Assembly: GCF_034111225.1 (NCBI RefSeq) | Contig: NZ_JAWUXR010000014.1 | Location: 10,102-74,101 of the forward strand | Direction of reading: 5' to 3' | Source: Flavobacterium sp. | Lineage (GTDB): Bacteria; Bacteroidota; Bacteroidia; Flavobacteriales; Flavobacteriaceae | Length of the DNA stretch: 64,000 bases | Shown here: positions 30,357-39,505 of the stretch, in pieces | How the letters are laid out: every line of letters starts with the position of its first letter | How positions within the stretch are numbered: position 1 is the first letter of the stretch | Program-made: the position numbers and the translations under genes | The notes under the pieces: model-generated | The model's database searches: none | What the model saw: the letters and a program-made list of their open reading frames with translations, nothing else | What the model was told of the DNA's origin: nothing

Positions 30357-32066
30357 TTATTTGTTTTTCAACAAATTTATTGCTTCTTTTAAAAGTGCGA
30401 TTTCTGCTTTTAGTTCTTCAATTTGAACTTGTTGTTCTTGTATAGCTTTAACAGTAACCGGTATTATTTGATAAGGCATAACACCTACGGGTTTGTCATA
30501 AGTAACATAAGTTCTATTTCCACTTTCATCTAAACTTACCCAATCCGATGTTTTTACAGCTTCTGGAATTAAAATACCTAGTTCTACAGCATCAAAACCT
30601 AATTTATCTGCTTTTAAGTTTTCAGGGACTTCTTTTTTACCATTTAATGGTGTATTTTCTTTGTAAGAGATTGGTTTTAATTGCATTAAAATTTTAAGAC
30701 CTTTATTTTTCAGAGCTGTATTTCTAACACTATTTCTAGAATAAGTAGCTGTTGGAGTAATAAAATCGTCTGCATAAACATCGTCCCATCGTCTTGTTAC
30801 GCCAGAAAAAGGAGAGGCCCCTAAATCTGCTCCAAAGTCAGACATTGGACTAAAACCACTACCTTCATAAAACAATTCATTTGTACCGTCAACTATATAT
30901 TCTATAGAACCTAAAGCTATTGCAGTACCTCCTGAAGACCCTTTGTAAAATCCTGCAACAAATTTCTTTGTATATGGACCGCCACTATATGTATCCGAAA
31001 ATGTTTGACCTTCATCGCTATCTATAAAAGCGCCACCAGCACCAAAATTCACATAATCATCCCCAAAATTAGTTTCCATAACAGGGCTTCCGCTATTACC
31101 TTCGAAAGTAATATCACCAGTACTTGTTCCTTCAAACCATAAACCTCTTGTATTTAGGTCTATAAATGTGTTTTGCGTTAAAGCGCCACCTAATCTTACG
31201 GTTCCAGCTGAAAGGTTTAATCCGTTTTCTGCCGCAACACTACCGCTACCAGAAGGTAAGATAACTGTATTCCCATTAGAAATACTTAAATTATTTCCAG
31301 AAATACTTAATGTTTGACTATCTGTGCCACTCCCACCACTTGTTGGAGTTTGCCAATATCCATTTCCGTTAATATCTGAAGTTAAAACTTTTCCAGCTGC
31401 TTGAGTACCATCTTCTAATCTAAAAGAGTAGGTTCCAGGTGAAGCTACCGAGGTTTCTGTTACTAATACATTATCTACGGAAGCTCCATAATCATAGTTT
31501 CCTTGGTATTCAAATCGTAATGAATAACTATTTCCGGCAATAACAGTCGCAGTTCCTGAATATGTAGTATTGGCATCTGTAGTTAGATTAAAAAAATTAG
31601 CACCAACTTGGGTAGATGTTGTATTGTTATATAAATAAGCTCTAAATGAATCTGGAGCAGCACCGAAATTATTATATCTATACGCAAAACCAATAGATAT
31701 ACTTGTAGCTGAAGGCGCGGTTGTAAAATTCATAATTGCTGTTGAATTTAATCCACAACTTAATGCGTCAGATGAAATGTATAATCTGTTTCCTGTACAC
31801 GAAGTACAATTAACGTTTGCATTTCCTGCTCCCACCACCCAACCTTGAGTTGCATTACCAGTACAATCTGCATCAGTTGTGTGATTTTGAGTAATAGTAT
31901 ATGTTGTAAAATCTTGATTTATTAAGTTACTTGTCCCGCCAGTAGTTCCTGGAACTGTAGTTCCATAAACATGTAACATTGCAGATGGCGAAGTCGTATT
32001 TATACCTACTTGTCCAATAATGATGTTAGAAATCAACAACAATACAATAAAAAATAATTTTTCCAT
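30357..32066 (-). CDS. secreted tail-fibre-like protein with C-terminal peptidase S74/chaperone-like domain
   Basis: Signal peptide, QVGINTTSPSAMLHV, DGTQAAGKVLTSD, then GL..L..LKPISY, GFDAVEL, YQIIPVTVKAIQE and a terminal coiled coil. Confidence 0.75.
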   Translation of the reverse strand: MEKLFFIVLLLISNIIIGQVGINTTSPSAMLHVYGTTVPGTTGGTSNLINQDFTTYTITQNHTTDADCTGNATQGWVVGAGNANVNCTSCTGNRLYISSDALSCGLNSTAIMNFTTAPSATSISIGFAYRYNNFGAAPDSFRAYLYNNTTSTQVGANFFNLTTDANTTYSGTATVIAGNSYSLRFEYQGNYDYGASVDNVLVTETSVASPGTYSFRLEDGTQAAGKVLTSDINGNGYWQTPTSGGSGTDSQTLSISGNNLSISNGNTVILPSGSGSVAAENGLNLSAGTVRLGGALTQNTFIDLNTRGLWFEGTSTGDITFEGNSGSPVMETNFGDDYVNFGAGGAFIDSDEGQTFSDTYSGGPYTKKFVAGFYKGSSGGTAIALGSIEYIVDGTNELFYEGSGFSPMSDFGADLGASPFSGVTRRWDDVYADDFITPTATYSRNSVRNTALKNKGLKILMQLKPISYKENTPLNGKKEVPENLKADKLGFDAVELGILIPEAVKTSDWVSLDESGNRTYVTYDKPVGVMPYQIIPVTVKAIQEQQVQIEELKAEIALLKEAINLLKNK

Positions 32067-32082
32067 GATTTATAATTTGATC

Positions 32083-32162
32083 CAAAACTATTGAAGTTTA
32101 ATATAACAAGTTTTTTAAAAGAGTCTAATATTACGGAAACAGGACTTTTTTCCTTATTTTTG
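32083..32162. promoter_or_regulatory. divergent -7 elements (S74-like gene / AraC gene)
   Basis: TAGTTTTG on - strand (32083-32090); TATTTTTG on + strand (32155-32162). Confidence 0.55.
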
Positions 32163-32185
32163 TCCTTCAAAACCTTACAAATCAA

Positions 32186-33244
32186 ATGGAATTAGTATTA
32201 ATAACTATTTCTACATTTATATTTTTTATTTCTCTTTTTCAATATTTGAAAAAGAAAAGTAGCGCTATTGAGGTTGTTTTTTACTTTGTTTGGGTGCTTT
32301 TGTTTACGAGTTTAGTTATATCAACTGATTATAAAGAAGTATTTACAGAAAGTATAATTAACGGTTTTTCTTTATTGTTTTTTGTCTGGCTAATTTTACT
32401 AGCACCTTTATTATATAGCATTGTTCACAATAATTTAGAAGGAGGTAGTATAGACTTAAAACACTACTACATTTCATTCATTATATTTTTTACAAATATT
32501 TTTTCTTTAATTTATTTTTCTATTCAAAAAGATGAAAAGGTGTTTACGTATGAAGTAGTGGAAAATGTAATGACTTACACAAATTATATAGCTATACTAT
32601 TTGTTTTTCCTATTTCTACCATTTATTTCAGCTATAAATCTTTTCAAATTATAGGTGCATTTCCTAAGAAACAACTTTTATTTAATGCTCCCGAAAAATT
32701 TTACTTAGCTCTTTTTGTATTGTTTTTTGATTTGTATATTTTAATTTGGTTTTTTCAAAATTACATCATAACAAATACAAGTATTAAAGTAGCATTAAAG
32801 CCGTATTATATTATTTACTTTATAATATCTCTTTTTGTTTTATGGAAAGCAAAAAGGATTATTAATGCAAAAAATAATTCTGAATCTGACTCTATTTATG
32901 GATTGTTTTCTGAAATAGATGAAAAATTAACTTTTAAAATGGAAAAGGAAAAAGTATTCACTAATTCTAATCTAAATTTAAAATCACTTGCAAAAGAAAT
33001 TGAAACAAATGAGAAATATTTATCTCAATTAATAAATAAAAAGCACAATGTTAACTTTTCAAACTTCATAAACAATTATAGAATTGAACATTCAAAAAAA
33101 TTGCTTTTGGATGAACAACATTCTAACTATACTATTGAAGCAATAGGAAATTTATCAGGATTTAATTCTAAATCAGGATTTAATGCAACATTTAAAAGGA
33201 ATACCGGGATTACACCTACAGACTTTAAAAAAGGAGCTAATTAG
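32186..33244 (+). CDS. membrane-anchored AraC family transcriptional regulator
   Basis: About 6-7 N-terminal TM helices; C-terminal YLSQLIN, FINNYRIE, GFNSKSGFNATFKRNTGITP double HTH. Confidence 0.88.
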   Translation: MELVLITISTFIFFISLFQYLKKKSSAIEVVFYFVWVLLFTSLVISTDYKEVFTESIINGFSLLFFVWLILLAPLLYSIVHNNLEGGSIDLKHYYISFIIFFTNIFSLIYFSIQKDEKVFTYEVVENVMTYTNYIAILFVFPISTIYFSYKSFQIIGAFPKKQLLFNAPEKFYLALFVLFFDLYILIWFFQNYIITNTSIKVALKPYYIIYFIISLFVLWKAKRIINAKNNSESDSIYGLFSEIDEKLTFKMEKEKVFTNSNLNLKSLAKEIETNEKYLSQLINKKHNVNFSNFINNYRIEHSKKLLLDEQHSNYTIEAIGNLSGFNSKSGFNATFKRNTGITPTDFKKGAN

Positions 33245-33255
33245 CTCCTTTTTTA
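33226..33255. terminator. bidirectional terminator, perfect 30-bp palindrome
   Basis: TAAAAAAGGAGCTAA|TTAGCTCCTTTTTTA; contains the AraC stop codon. Confidence 0.85.
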
Positions 33256-33271
33256 TTATAAAATGATAATT

Positions 33272-34324
33272 CTAAACATCGTCAAAATCAATTTTTATCA
33301 CATCAGATGTTGGTACTGCTTGACAAGCTAAAACCAAACCTTCCGCAATTTCAGAATCGGTTAAAATAGAATTCTTTTTCATCACTGCAGACCCTTCTGT
33401 GACTCTACAAATACAACTCGAACAAATTCCACCTTGACAAGAATACGGAGCGTCTAAACCTTGTTTTAAAGCAGCTTCTAATAAGGTTTGTTTCTGACTC
33501 ATTTCAAAAGTTGACTCTTCATCATCCACTAAAACCGTAATTTTAGTATGTCCGTCTAAAGTATTTGCATCTTTGTTTTCAGCAGTAGAAGCAGTAAATA
33601 ATTCAAACTTCACATCTTTTTCAGCAACATTGTTTTCTTTTAAAACCTCTGCTACTAAGTTGATCATTTCTTCTGGTCCACATAAATAATGTTTATCGAA
33701 AGACTTTTCACTATGCTTGTTTTTAAGCACAAAATTTACGGCTGATTTATCTATTCTACCAAACAATTCACCTTCTACATTTGTTTTACTGTATACATAA
33801 TGCACAAAGAAACGCGCTACATTTTGTAAATGTAATTGGCGTAACTCTTCATGAAAGATAGTTTCTTCAGTATATTTATTACCATAAACTAAAACAAAAG
33901 TACTTTTTGGCTCTTCTTCTAAAACCGTTTTTATGATAGATAAAACAGGAGTAATTCCACTTCCCGCAACAAATGCAACATAGTTTTTTTGTTTTTCAAA
34001 ATTAGGTTCAAAAGTAAATTTTCCTTCTGGTGTTCCTACTTCGATAATATTTCCAACGGCTAATTTTTCGTTAGCAAAAGTTGAAAAGAAACCATTTTTA
34101 ACTGCTTTTACCGCAATTCGCAATTCGCCACTTTTTGGAGAAGAGCAAATAGAATAAGCCCTACGAACTTCTTGTCCGTCTAAAGTTAGTTTTAAAGTAA
34201 CATATTGTCCTGCAATAAAGTTGTAGTTTGGTTGTAACTCTTCAGGAATATTAAAAAGAATAGAAACTGCACTTGTAGTTTCTCTTCTAACTTCCTTAAC
34301 TGCGAGTTTATAGAATGTTGACAT
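33272..34324 (-). CDS. FAD/2Fe-2S ferredoxin-NAD(P) reductase (PaaE-like)
   Basis: RRAYS, GSGITP, LCGP, C-terminal CQGGICSSC...C cluster motif. Confidence 0.9.
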   Translation of the reverse strand: MSTFYKLAVKEVRRETTSAVSILFNIPEELQPNYNFIAGQYVTLKLTLDGQEVRRAYSICSSPKSGELRIAVKAVKNGFFSTFANEKLAVGNIIEVGTPEGKFTFEPNFEKQKNYVAFVAGSGITPVLSIIKTVLEEEPKSTFVLVYGNKYTEETIFHEELRQLHLQNVARFFVHYVYSKTNVEGELFGRIDKSAVNFVLKNKHSEKSFDKHYLCGPEEMINLVAEVLKENNVAEKDVKFELFTASTAENKDANTLDGHTKITVLVDDEESTFEMSQKQTLLEAALKQGLDAPYSCQGGICSSCICRVTEGSAVMKKNSILTDSEIAEGLVLACQAVPTSDVIKIDFDDV

Positions 34325-34367
34325 AGTTTAATTTTTTACAAAAATAGGAAAACTCTCTTATATTCAA

Positions 34368-34877
34368 TTATGCAAATAACGCTTTTAATTCTGTTGCTTC
34401 ACTAGCTTTCATTTTTCCAGCCAATACTAAACTTAGTTGCTTTCTTCGTAAAGCAGCATCAAAGCGTTCTTTTTCAAGGTCGGTTTCAGGAATAACTGCT
34501 GGAACAGGAACTGGTCTTCCGGTTTCATCAACAGCAACAAAAGTATAAATGCCTTCGTTTGCTTTGTTTTTAATTCCAGATTCACGGTCTTCAATCCAAA
34601 CATCAATGTAAATTTCCATTGACGAATTAAAAGTTCTAGACACTTTCGATTCAACAGTTACAACGCTTCCTAAAGGAATTGCTCTGTTAAAAGCAACATG
34701 ATTTACAGATGCCGTTACACAAATTCTTCTAGAATGACGACGAGCAGTAATACTTGCAGCTCTATCCATACGAGCTAACAATTCACCACCAAATAAATTA
34801 TTTAATGGATTGGTTTCGCCAGGTAAAACTAAATCAGTTAAAGTAGTAAGAGAATCAGAAGAGAATTTTGCTTCCAT
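34368..34877 (-). CDS. acyl-CoA thioesterase (YciA-like hotdog fold)
   Basis: NPLNNLFGGELLARMD, VTASV, FVAVD. Confidence 0.9.
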   Translation of the reverse strand: MEAKFSSDSLTTLTDLVLPGETNPLNNLFGGELLARMDRAASITARRHSRRICVTASVNHVAFNRAIPLGSVVTVESKVSRTFNSSMEIYIDVWIEDRESGIKNKANEGIYTFVAVDETGRPVPVPAVIPETDLEKERFDAALRRKQLSLVLAGKMKASEATELKALFA

Positions 34878-34921
34878 TTGTTTTTTTTACAAAGATAATA
34901 AGCATAGAAAAAACAAGGCAT

Positions 34922-34950
34922 AAAAAAATCCCAAATTTTGGGATTTTTTT
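34922..34950 (-). terminator. terminator after the SPOR gene
   Basis: AAAAAAATCCCAAA-T-TTTGGGATTTTTTT inverted repeat. Confidence 0.8.
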
Positions 34951-34951
34951 G

Positions 34952-35881
34952 TTATTCTATTAAAAGCCAAGCTTCGGTGTTTTGTTCTGTTTGAATTTTT
35001 TGTTTGGCAAGTTGTGCCTCCACTAAAGAAGAAAAACTTTCGTAAGCAACAGGAATTAAGCCCGATTTATTTTTTTCTAAAAGTCGTGCAGTAAAACCTT
35101 TTTCTTTTAAGTTGTTTAAAGCCGTTTGAGCATTTTCTTCATTTCTAAAAGCTCCAGCAATAATATGATAAGGCTTTAGCTCTTCTTTTACAGGTAATTC
35201 AACAGCTTTAAGCGGATTGCTTATAAAAAAAGTTGCCTCTTGAATCTTGTGGTTTACTTTTTCTTGCACTTGCTTTTCTACAAATAAAGTTTGATTAGCA
35301 ACTTGTTGGTTGTTATATAATACATAACCAAATGTTCCTGCACTCAAGAATAATAAAACAGAAGCAGCGTATTTTATGTAACTATAATTCTTTTTTCTTT
35401 CTGGAGTAAAGATAATTGGTGCTTTTTCTTCAAGTTGTTCTACTTGAGTTTTAAGATCTTCTCTTGTAACTTGAGGAGAAATAAAACCTGAGAGTCCAAA
35501 AGATGAAGTTAAATAATTTATTTCTTCATAAGGCTCGAAAACCCAATTGAAATCAGCGTTTGTAGAAATTTCACCTATATTTTTTAATACTACTTTATCT
35601 CTTTGTTCTAAAGAAGTAATCCATTTTGATACTTCAAAAGCAATAACTTCAGTAGCTTTCTCAAAACTAATGTTTTCTTGTAAAGCTATATGATTAGCTA
35701 ATAAACCATCGTTATTTTTAACGTTTGGATTAAAGGTTGTAATTTTTCTTGGCGGATTAAATGTACTAGCACTTCCAGCAACTTTAGCAGACTGTATTTC
35801 GCTAATAAAAGCGCCAAAACCTGGTAAAGTAACACATTGAAATCTATACAATAATGCTGCTATGTGTTTTTCTATTATCAT
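34952..35881 (-). CDS. HU-CCDC81-like N-terminal domains, TM helix and SPOR domain protein
   Basis: CVTLPGFGAF, LANHIA, LKNIG HU-like motifs; TM helix; YHIIAGAF...VAY...AWL SPOR pattern. Confidence 0.85.
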   Translation of the reverse strand: MIIEKHIAALLYRFQCVTLPGFGAFISEIQSAKVAGSASTFNPPRKITTFNPNVKNNDGLLANHIALQENISFEKATEVIAFEVSKWITSLEQRDKVVLKNIGEISTNADFNWVFEPYEEINYLTSSFGLSGFISPQVTREDLKTQVEQLEEKAPIIFTPERKKNYSYIKYAASVLLFLSAGTFGYVLYNNQQVANQTLFVEKQVQEKVNHKIQEATFFISNPLKAVELPVKEELKPYHIIAGAFRNEENAQTALNNLKEKGFTARLLEKNKSGLIPVAYESFSSLVEAQLAKQKIQTEQNTEAWLLIE

Positions 35882-35885
35882 AGAG

Positions 35886-35915
35886 CAAAGTTAATTAAAC
35901 AAGGGTAATCACAAA
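35886..35915 (-). promoter_or_regulatory. promoter of the SPOR gene
   Basis: TTTG-N18-TAACTTTG on - strand. Confidence 0.6.
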
Positions 35916-36027
35916 ATTTTATTAACAAAAATTATTAACAATTATTTTGATTGTATTTCTTGATTCTGATAATTGTCATATTTTTGAATTGAAAATGTAA
36001 TTATCTTTGAATATTAATACTTAGTAA

Positions 36028-36411
36028 ATGAAAAAAAACAATTTGTTTATCGTTGTTGTCGCTGTTTTCAGCATGATGAGTTGTGGAAAAAAAACAGAAA
36101 AAGAAGATTTTGGAACTTCAGCTACTGTTGTGTTAGTTTCGGCTGAATTGGGAAAAACATTATTTGAAGGAAAAGGAACTTGTGTTGCTTGTCACAATCC
36201 AGACACAAAAATAATTGGCCCAAGTATTATTGAAATTGCCTCTATTTATAAAGAGAAAAAAGGTGACTTAGTTGCTTTTTTAAAAGGGAAAGGTGAACCA
36301 ATTGTTGATGCGTCTCAGTATGAAATTATGAAAGCAAATTTTACAATTACAAAAAACATGACTGATGAAGAATTAGAATCTATAAAATTATATATCAACA
36401 GTTTTAATTAG
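36028..36411 (+). CDS. c-type cytochrome lipoprotein
   Basis: Lipobox MMSC, CVACH heme motif, IGPS, distal Met. Confidence 0.9.
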   Translation: MKKNNLFIVVVAVFSMMSCGKKTEKEDFGTSATVVLVSAELGKTLFEGKGTCVACHNPDTKIIGPSIIEIASIYKEKKGDLVAFLKGKGEPIVDASQYEIMKANFTITKNMTDEELESIKLYINSFN

Positions 36412-37091
36412 TCTATAGTTAATTTGAACCCAACACGTGGAATATTTTCAATGCGAACATTTTTTTCGTCCTTGAATATTTTTCTCAATCTAGAAATAAA
36501 AACATCCAAACTTCTACCAGAAAAGTAATCGTCATTTCCCCAAAGAGCATTTAAAATCTTCTCTCTTTTTAAAACGCTATTTACATTGTCTAAAAACAAT
36601 TTTAGTAGCGTTGTTTCTCTTTCGGTTAATGTTATTTTTTTGGAATTTGTTTTTAGCACAAAATTTCCCGGCTCAAATATATATGAACCTATATTGTAAT
36701 TTTGATTAGTTCCAATGTTGTTTTTTTGACTTCTATTTAAGAATACTTCTATTTTTAAAATAAGCTCTTCAATAGAATAAGGCTTTATCAAGTAATCATC
36801 TGCACCAAGTTTTAAACCGTTAATTCGGTCTTCTTTTAATGTTTTTGCTGATAAAAAGATAATTGGGACTTCTTCGTTTCTTTTTCTAATTGCGGTTACA
36901 ATTTCAAAACCATCCATATCTGGCAACATAATGTCTAAAACGCATAAGTCAAACTCTGAATTACAAAATAAGTCAAATGCCTCTTTTCCATTGTTTGAAT
37001 GAGTAACATCAAAATGTTGTTCTAAATTATCGGCCGTTAAAAAAGCTAGTGTTTCATCGTCTTCAACATATAAAATCTTTTTCTTATTCAT
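36408..37091 (-). CDS. OmpR-family response regulator
   Basis: YVEDD, LDIMLP, FLSAK, KPY, winged-HTH RSLDVFISRLRK. Confidence 0.95.
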   Translation of the reverse strand: MNKKKILYVEDDETLAFLTADNLEQHFDVTHSNNGKEAFDLFCNSEFDLCVLDIMLPDMDGFEIVTAIRKRNEEVPIIFLSAKTLKEDRINGLKLGADDYLIKPYSIEELILKIEVFLNRSQKNNIGTNQNYNIGSYIFEPGNFVLKTNSKKITLTERETTLLKLFLDNVNSVLKREKILNALWGNDDYFSGRSLDVFISRLRKIFKDEKNVRIENIPRVGFKLTID

Positions 37092-38358
37092 AGATGTCTT
37101 TTTTTGGAATTTCTATGGCAACCAACAAGCCAGTGTTATCTGTTTTGTTAGATAACTTTATTTTCCAGTTATGGAATTCACATATTTTTTTAACATAAGC
37201 AAGTCCAATTCCGAAGCCTTCAATGTCCTTGTTATTTTGCCTAGCTACTCTATAAAATTTATCAAAAACAAAAGGCAAGTCTTTTTCTGGAATTCCAGAA
37301 CCATTATCACTAATAGTTAAGTTATAATTTTTTTCTGTTTCTACTAGATTAATTTCAATGACGGGTTCGTTAATTGAGTATTTTACAGCATTTTCTAAAA
37401 GGTTAAATAATAAATTATAAAAATGAAATTCATCAGCATTTATGAAATATTTATTTTGAAATAAAAGATTAAAAACCACTTCTTTTTGATGCTTAAGTTC
37501 AACATTCTCTTTGATTAAATCTAAATTTTTAATAATATCGACTTTACTTTTTTGGAGCTCAATAGAGTTATTACTTGATTTTGCAACAGTTAAAATGTTC
37601 TCAATATGTTCGTTAAGTTTAGCACTTTGGTTAATGATAATCTCAACATATTTCGACAATTTAGGGTTTTCAATTATTTCTTGTTGACTTTTTGCATAGT
37701 TTGAAGCAATTAATATTGATGACAATGGTGTTTTAAATTCATGCGTCATATTATTAATAAAATCGTTTTGCAATTCGGTATATTGTTTTTGCTTTAATAG
37801 TAAAAGAACAGAATACACATATATAATTAGCACAATGAAAAGCACAAAACTATACGCCCAATATTTATACAAACTACTAAATAGGTTTTCACTTAAACCA
37901 GGAAATCTTAAGGCAAAATAATAAATTAAATCCTCGTTTTTTGTAAAACAATCTTCACACTTATTACTCGATTTGCCATTTGTAGAGATATAATTACCAT
38001 ATACCATTTTGTTAGTTCCACAGTCATATATTGCATATTCAAAATCAAGATCTAGTTTTACTTTGGTGAATTCAGTTTTTAAATAATGTTCTAATATTAC
38101 ATTTTCAAAAACATTTTGTACATTAACAATATAATAATTAGAAGATGTTTTTTTAATGAAGTCTACGTGTGGTATATCGTTATTATTGTCAGCATAAATA
38201 CGTGAAACTACCTTTAATAAAGAAGAATGGATCTTATCTTCAGTTTCCCTTTTTTCAAACAAATAAGCTTGATTCAATAAAAACAACTGCATTATCATTG
38301 TGCCTATAATTGCAAGGAACCCTATAATAATGACTACATTTAACCTGTTTAGTTTCAT
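37084..38358 (-). CDS. sensor histidine kinase
   Basis: Two TM helices, NMTHEFKTPL, NLLENAVKY, DNGSGI, GFGIGL. Confidence 0.95.
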   Translation of the reverse strand: MKLNRLNVVIIIGFLAIIGTMIMQLFLLNQAYLFEKRETEDKIHSSLLKVVSRIYADNNNDIPHVDFIKKTSSNYYIVNVQNVFENVILEHYLKTEFTKVKLDLDFEYAIYDCGTNKMVYGNYISTNGKSSNKCEDCFTKNEDLIYYFALRFPGLSENLFSSLYKYWAYSFVLFIVLIIYVYSVLLLLKQKQYTELQNDFINNMTHEFKTPLSSILIASNYAKSQQEIIENPKLSKYVEIIINQSAKLNEHIENILTVAKSSNNSIELQKSKVDIIKNLDLIKENVELKHQKEVVFNLLFQNKYFINADEFHFYNLLFNLLENAVKYSINEPVIEINLVETEKNYNLTISDNGSGIPEKDLPFVFDKFYRVARQNNKDIEGFGIGLAYVKKICEFHNWKIKLSNKTDNTGLLVAIEIPKKDIYE

Positions 38359-38370
38359 TTGGAATTAGTG

Positions 38371-38408
38371 TTAACATGTCATTAACAACTATTAATGAAT
38401 GCTTAACA
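38371..38408 (+). promoter_or_regulatory. four TTAACA-like direct repeats, putative OmpR-family operator
   Basis: TTAACA 38371, TTAACA 38382, TTAATG 38392, TTAACA 38403 (period 11/10/11). Confidence 0.65.
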
Positions 38409-38409
38409 A

Positions 38410-38437
38410 CAAATCTACTATTTAGTTATTAGATTTG
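38410..38437. promoter_or_regulatory. divergent -7 elements (kinase operon / DUF1573 gene)
   Basis: TAGATTTG on - strand (38410-38417) and + strand (38430-38437). Confidence 0.6.
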
Positions 38438-38471
38438 TATATCAAAATTATAAAAAATAAAAAATTATAGT

Positions 38472-38900
38472 ATGAAAACATTAAAATTAACAATTGCAAC
38501 TTTATTCATATCAGCAATTTCTGTTGCTCAACTAGCACCAAATCAAGAAGCTAAAACTTCTATTGCTACACAGGCTGTTAAAACGGAAGTAGCTTCAGGA
38601 ATGAAATGGCAAAATGAAACGCATGATTTTGGAGATCTTGAAAAAGGTAAGCCTGTAACTTATGAATTTACTTTTACTAATACTACAAAAGAAACAATTT
38701 TACTTACTAATGTAAAACCATCTTGTGGTTGTACGGCTGCAAATTATACAAAAACTCCAATTAAACCAGGAGAAAAAGGTGTTGTTGAAGCAACGTATAA
38801 TGCTGCTGCACCAGGAGATTTTCATAAAACAATTACTGTAACAACTAATGAAGAAGGAGCTGCTCCAAAAACATTAATAATAAAAGGTTCAGTAAAATAA
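38472..38900 (+). CDS. DUF1573 domain periplasmic protein
   Basis: Signal peptide; HDFG, FTFTN, VKPSCGCT, IKPGEKG. Confidence 0.9.
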   Translation: MKTLKLTIATLFISAISVAQLAPNQEAKTSIATQAVKTEVASGMKWQNETHDFGDLEKGKPVTYEFTFTNTTKETILLTNVKPSCGCTAANYTKTPIKPGEKGVVEATYNAAAPGDFHKTITVTTNEEGAAPKTLIIKGSVK

Positions 38901-38935
38901 AATATATTAATTCAACTATTACATCTTAAGGTTAG

Positions 38936-38965
38936 AAAACCACTCATTTATGAGTGGTTTTTTTT
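38936..38965 (+). terminator. terminator after the DUF1573 gene
   Basis: AAAACCACTCA-TTTA-TGAGTGGTTTT followed by a T tract. Confidence 0.85.
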
Positions 38966-38976
38966 ATATTTATAAA

Positions 38977-39447
38977 ATGGAAACAGTTTTTATAAATACG
39001 CCACTAGGTACAGCCAAAATAAAAGGAGATGAAAATGGCATATGCCTTATTTCAATACTTCAAGAAGGTGAAATTTCTAAAACAATTCCTTTAGAGTTAA
39101 AGTCTGCAGTTAAAGAAATAAACGAATATTTTAAAGGTAAACGAACACATTTTACATTTTTAATGAATCCAAATGGAACTGATTTTCAAAAGAAAGTTTG
39201 GAAATCACTTTTAGAAATACCTTATGGAAAAACAGTTTCATATCTCGACTTATCTAAACAAGTAGGCGATGTAAAAGCGATAAGAGCAGTTGCATCTGCA
39301 AATGGCAAAAACCCTCTTTGGATAGTTGTTCCTTGCCATAGAGTAATTGGTTCAGATGGCTCACTTACAGGTTATGCTGGCGGACTTTGGCGTAAAAAAT
39401 GGCTCATTGATCATGAAAATCCAGTTAAGCAACAAAGTCTTTTTTAA
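38977..39447 (+). CDS. ogt: methylated-DNA--protein-cysteine methyltransferase
   Basis: IPYGKTVSY, VPCHRVIG active site, GYAGG; start at METVF. Confidence 0.95.
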   Translation: METVFINTPLGTAKIKGDENGICLISILQEGEISKTIPLELKSAVKEINEYFKGKRTHFTFLMNPNGTDFQKKVWKSLLEIPYGKTVSYLDLSKQVGDVKAIRAVASANGKNPLWIVVPCHRVIGSDGSLTGYAGGLWRKKWLIDHENPVKQQSLF

Positions 39448-39505
39448 ATTAACACTTTTGAAAACTTCTTTTTATTATTTTTATTCCACATTATAAATAT
39501 AATTC

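Noticed and set aside
30357-32066. Prophage interpretation of the tail-fibre-like gene
   Set aside because: Has a signal peptide, and no capsid, terminase, integrase or lysis genes are nearby
38950-38976. Ogt start at 38950
   Set aside because: ATG lies inside the upstream terminator hairpin
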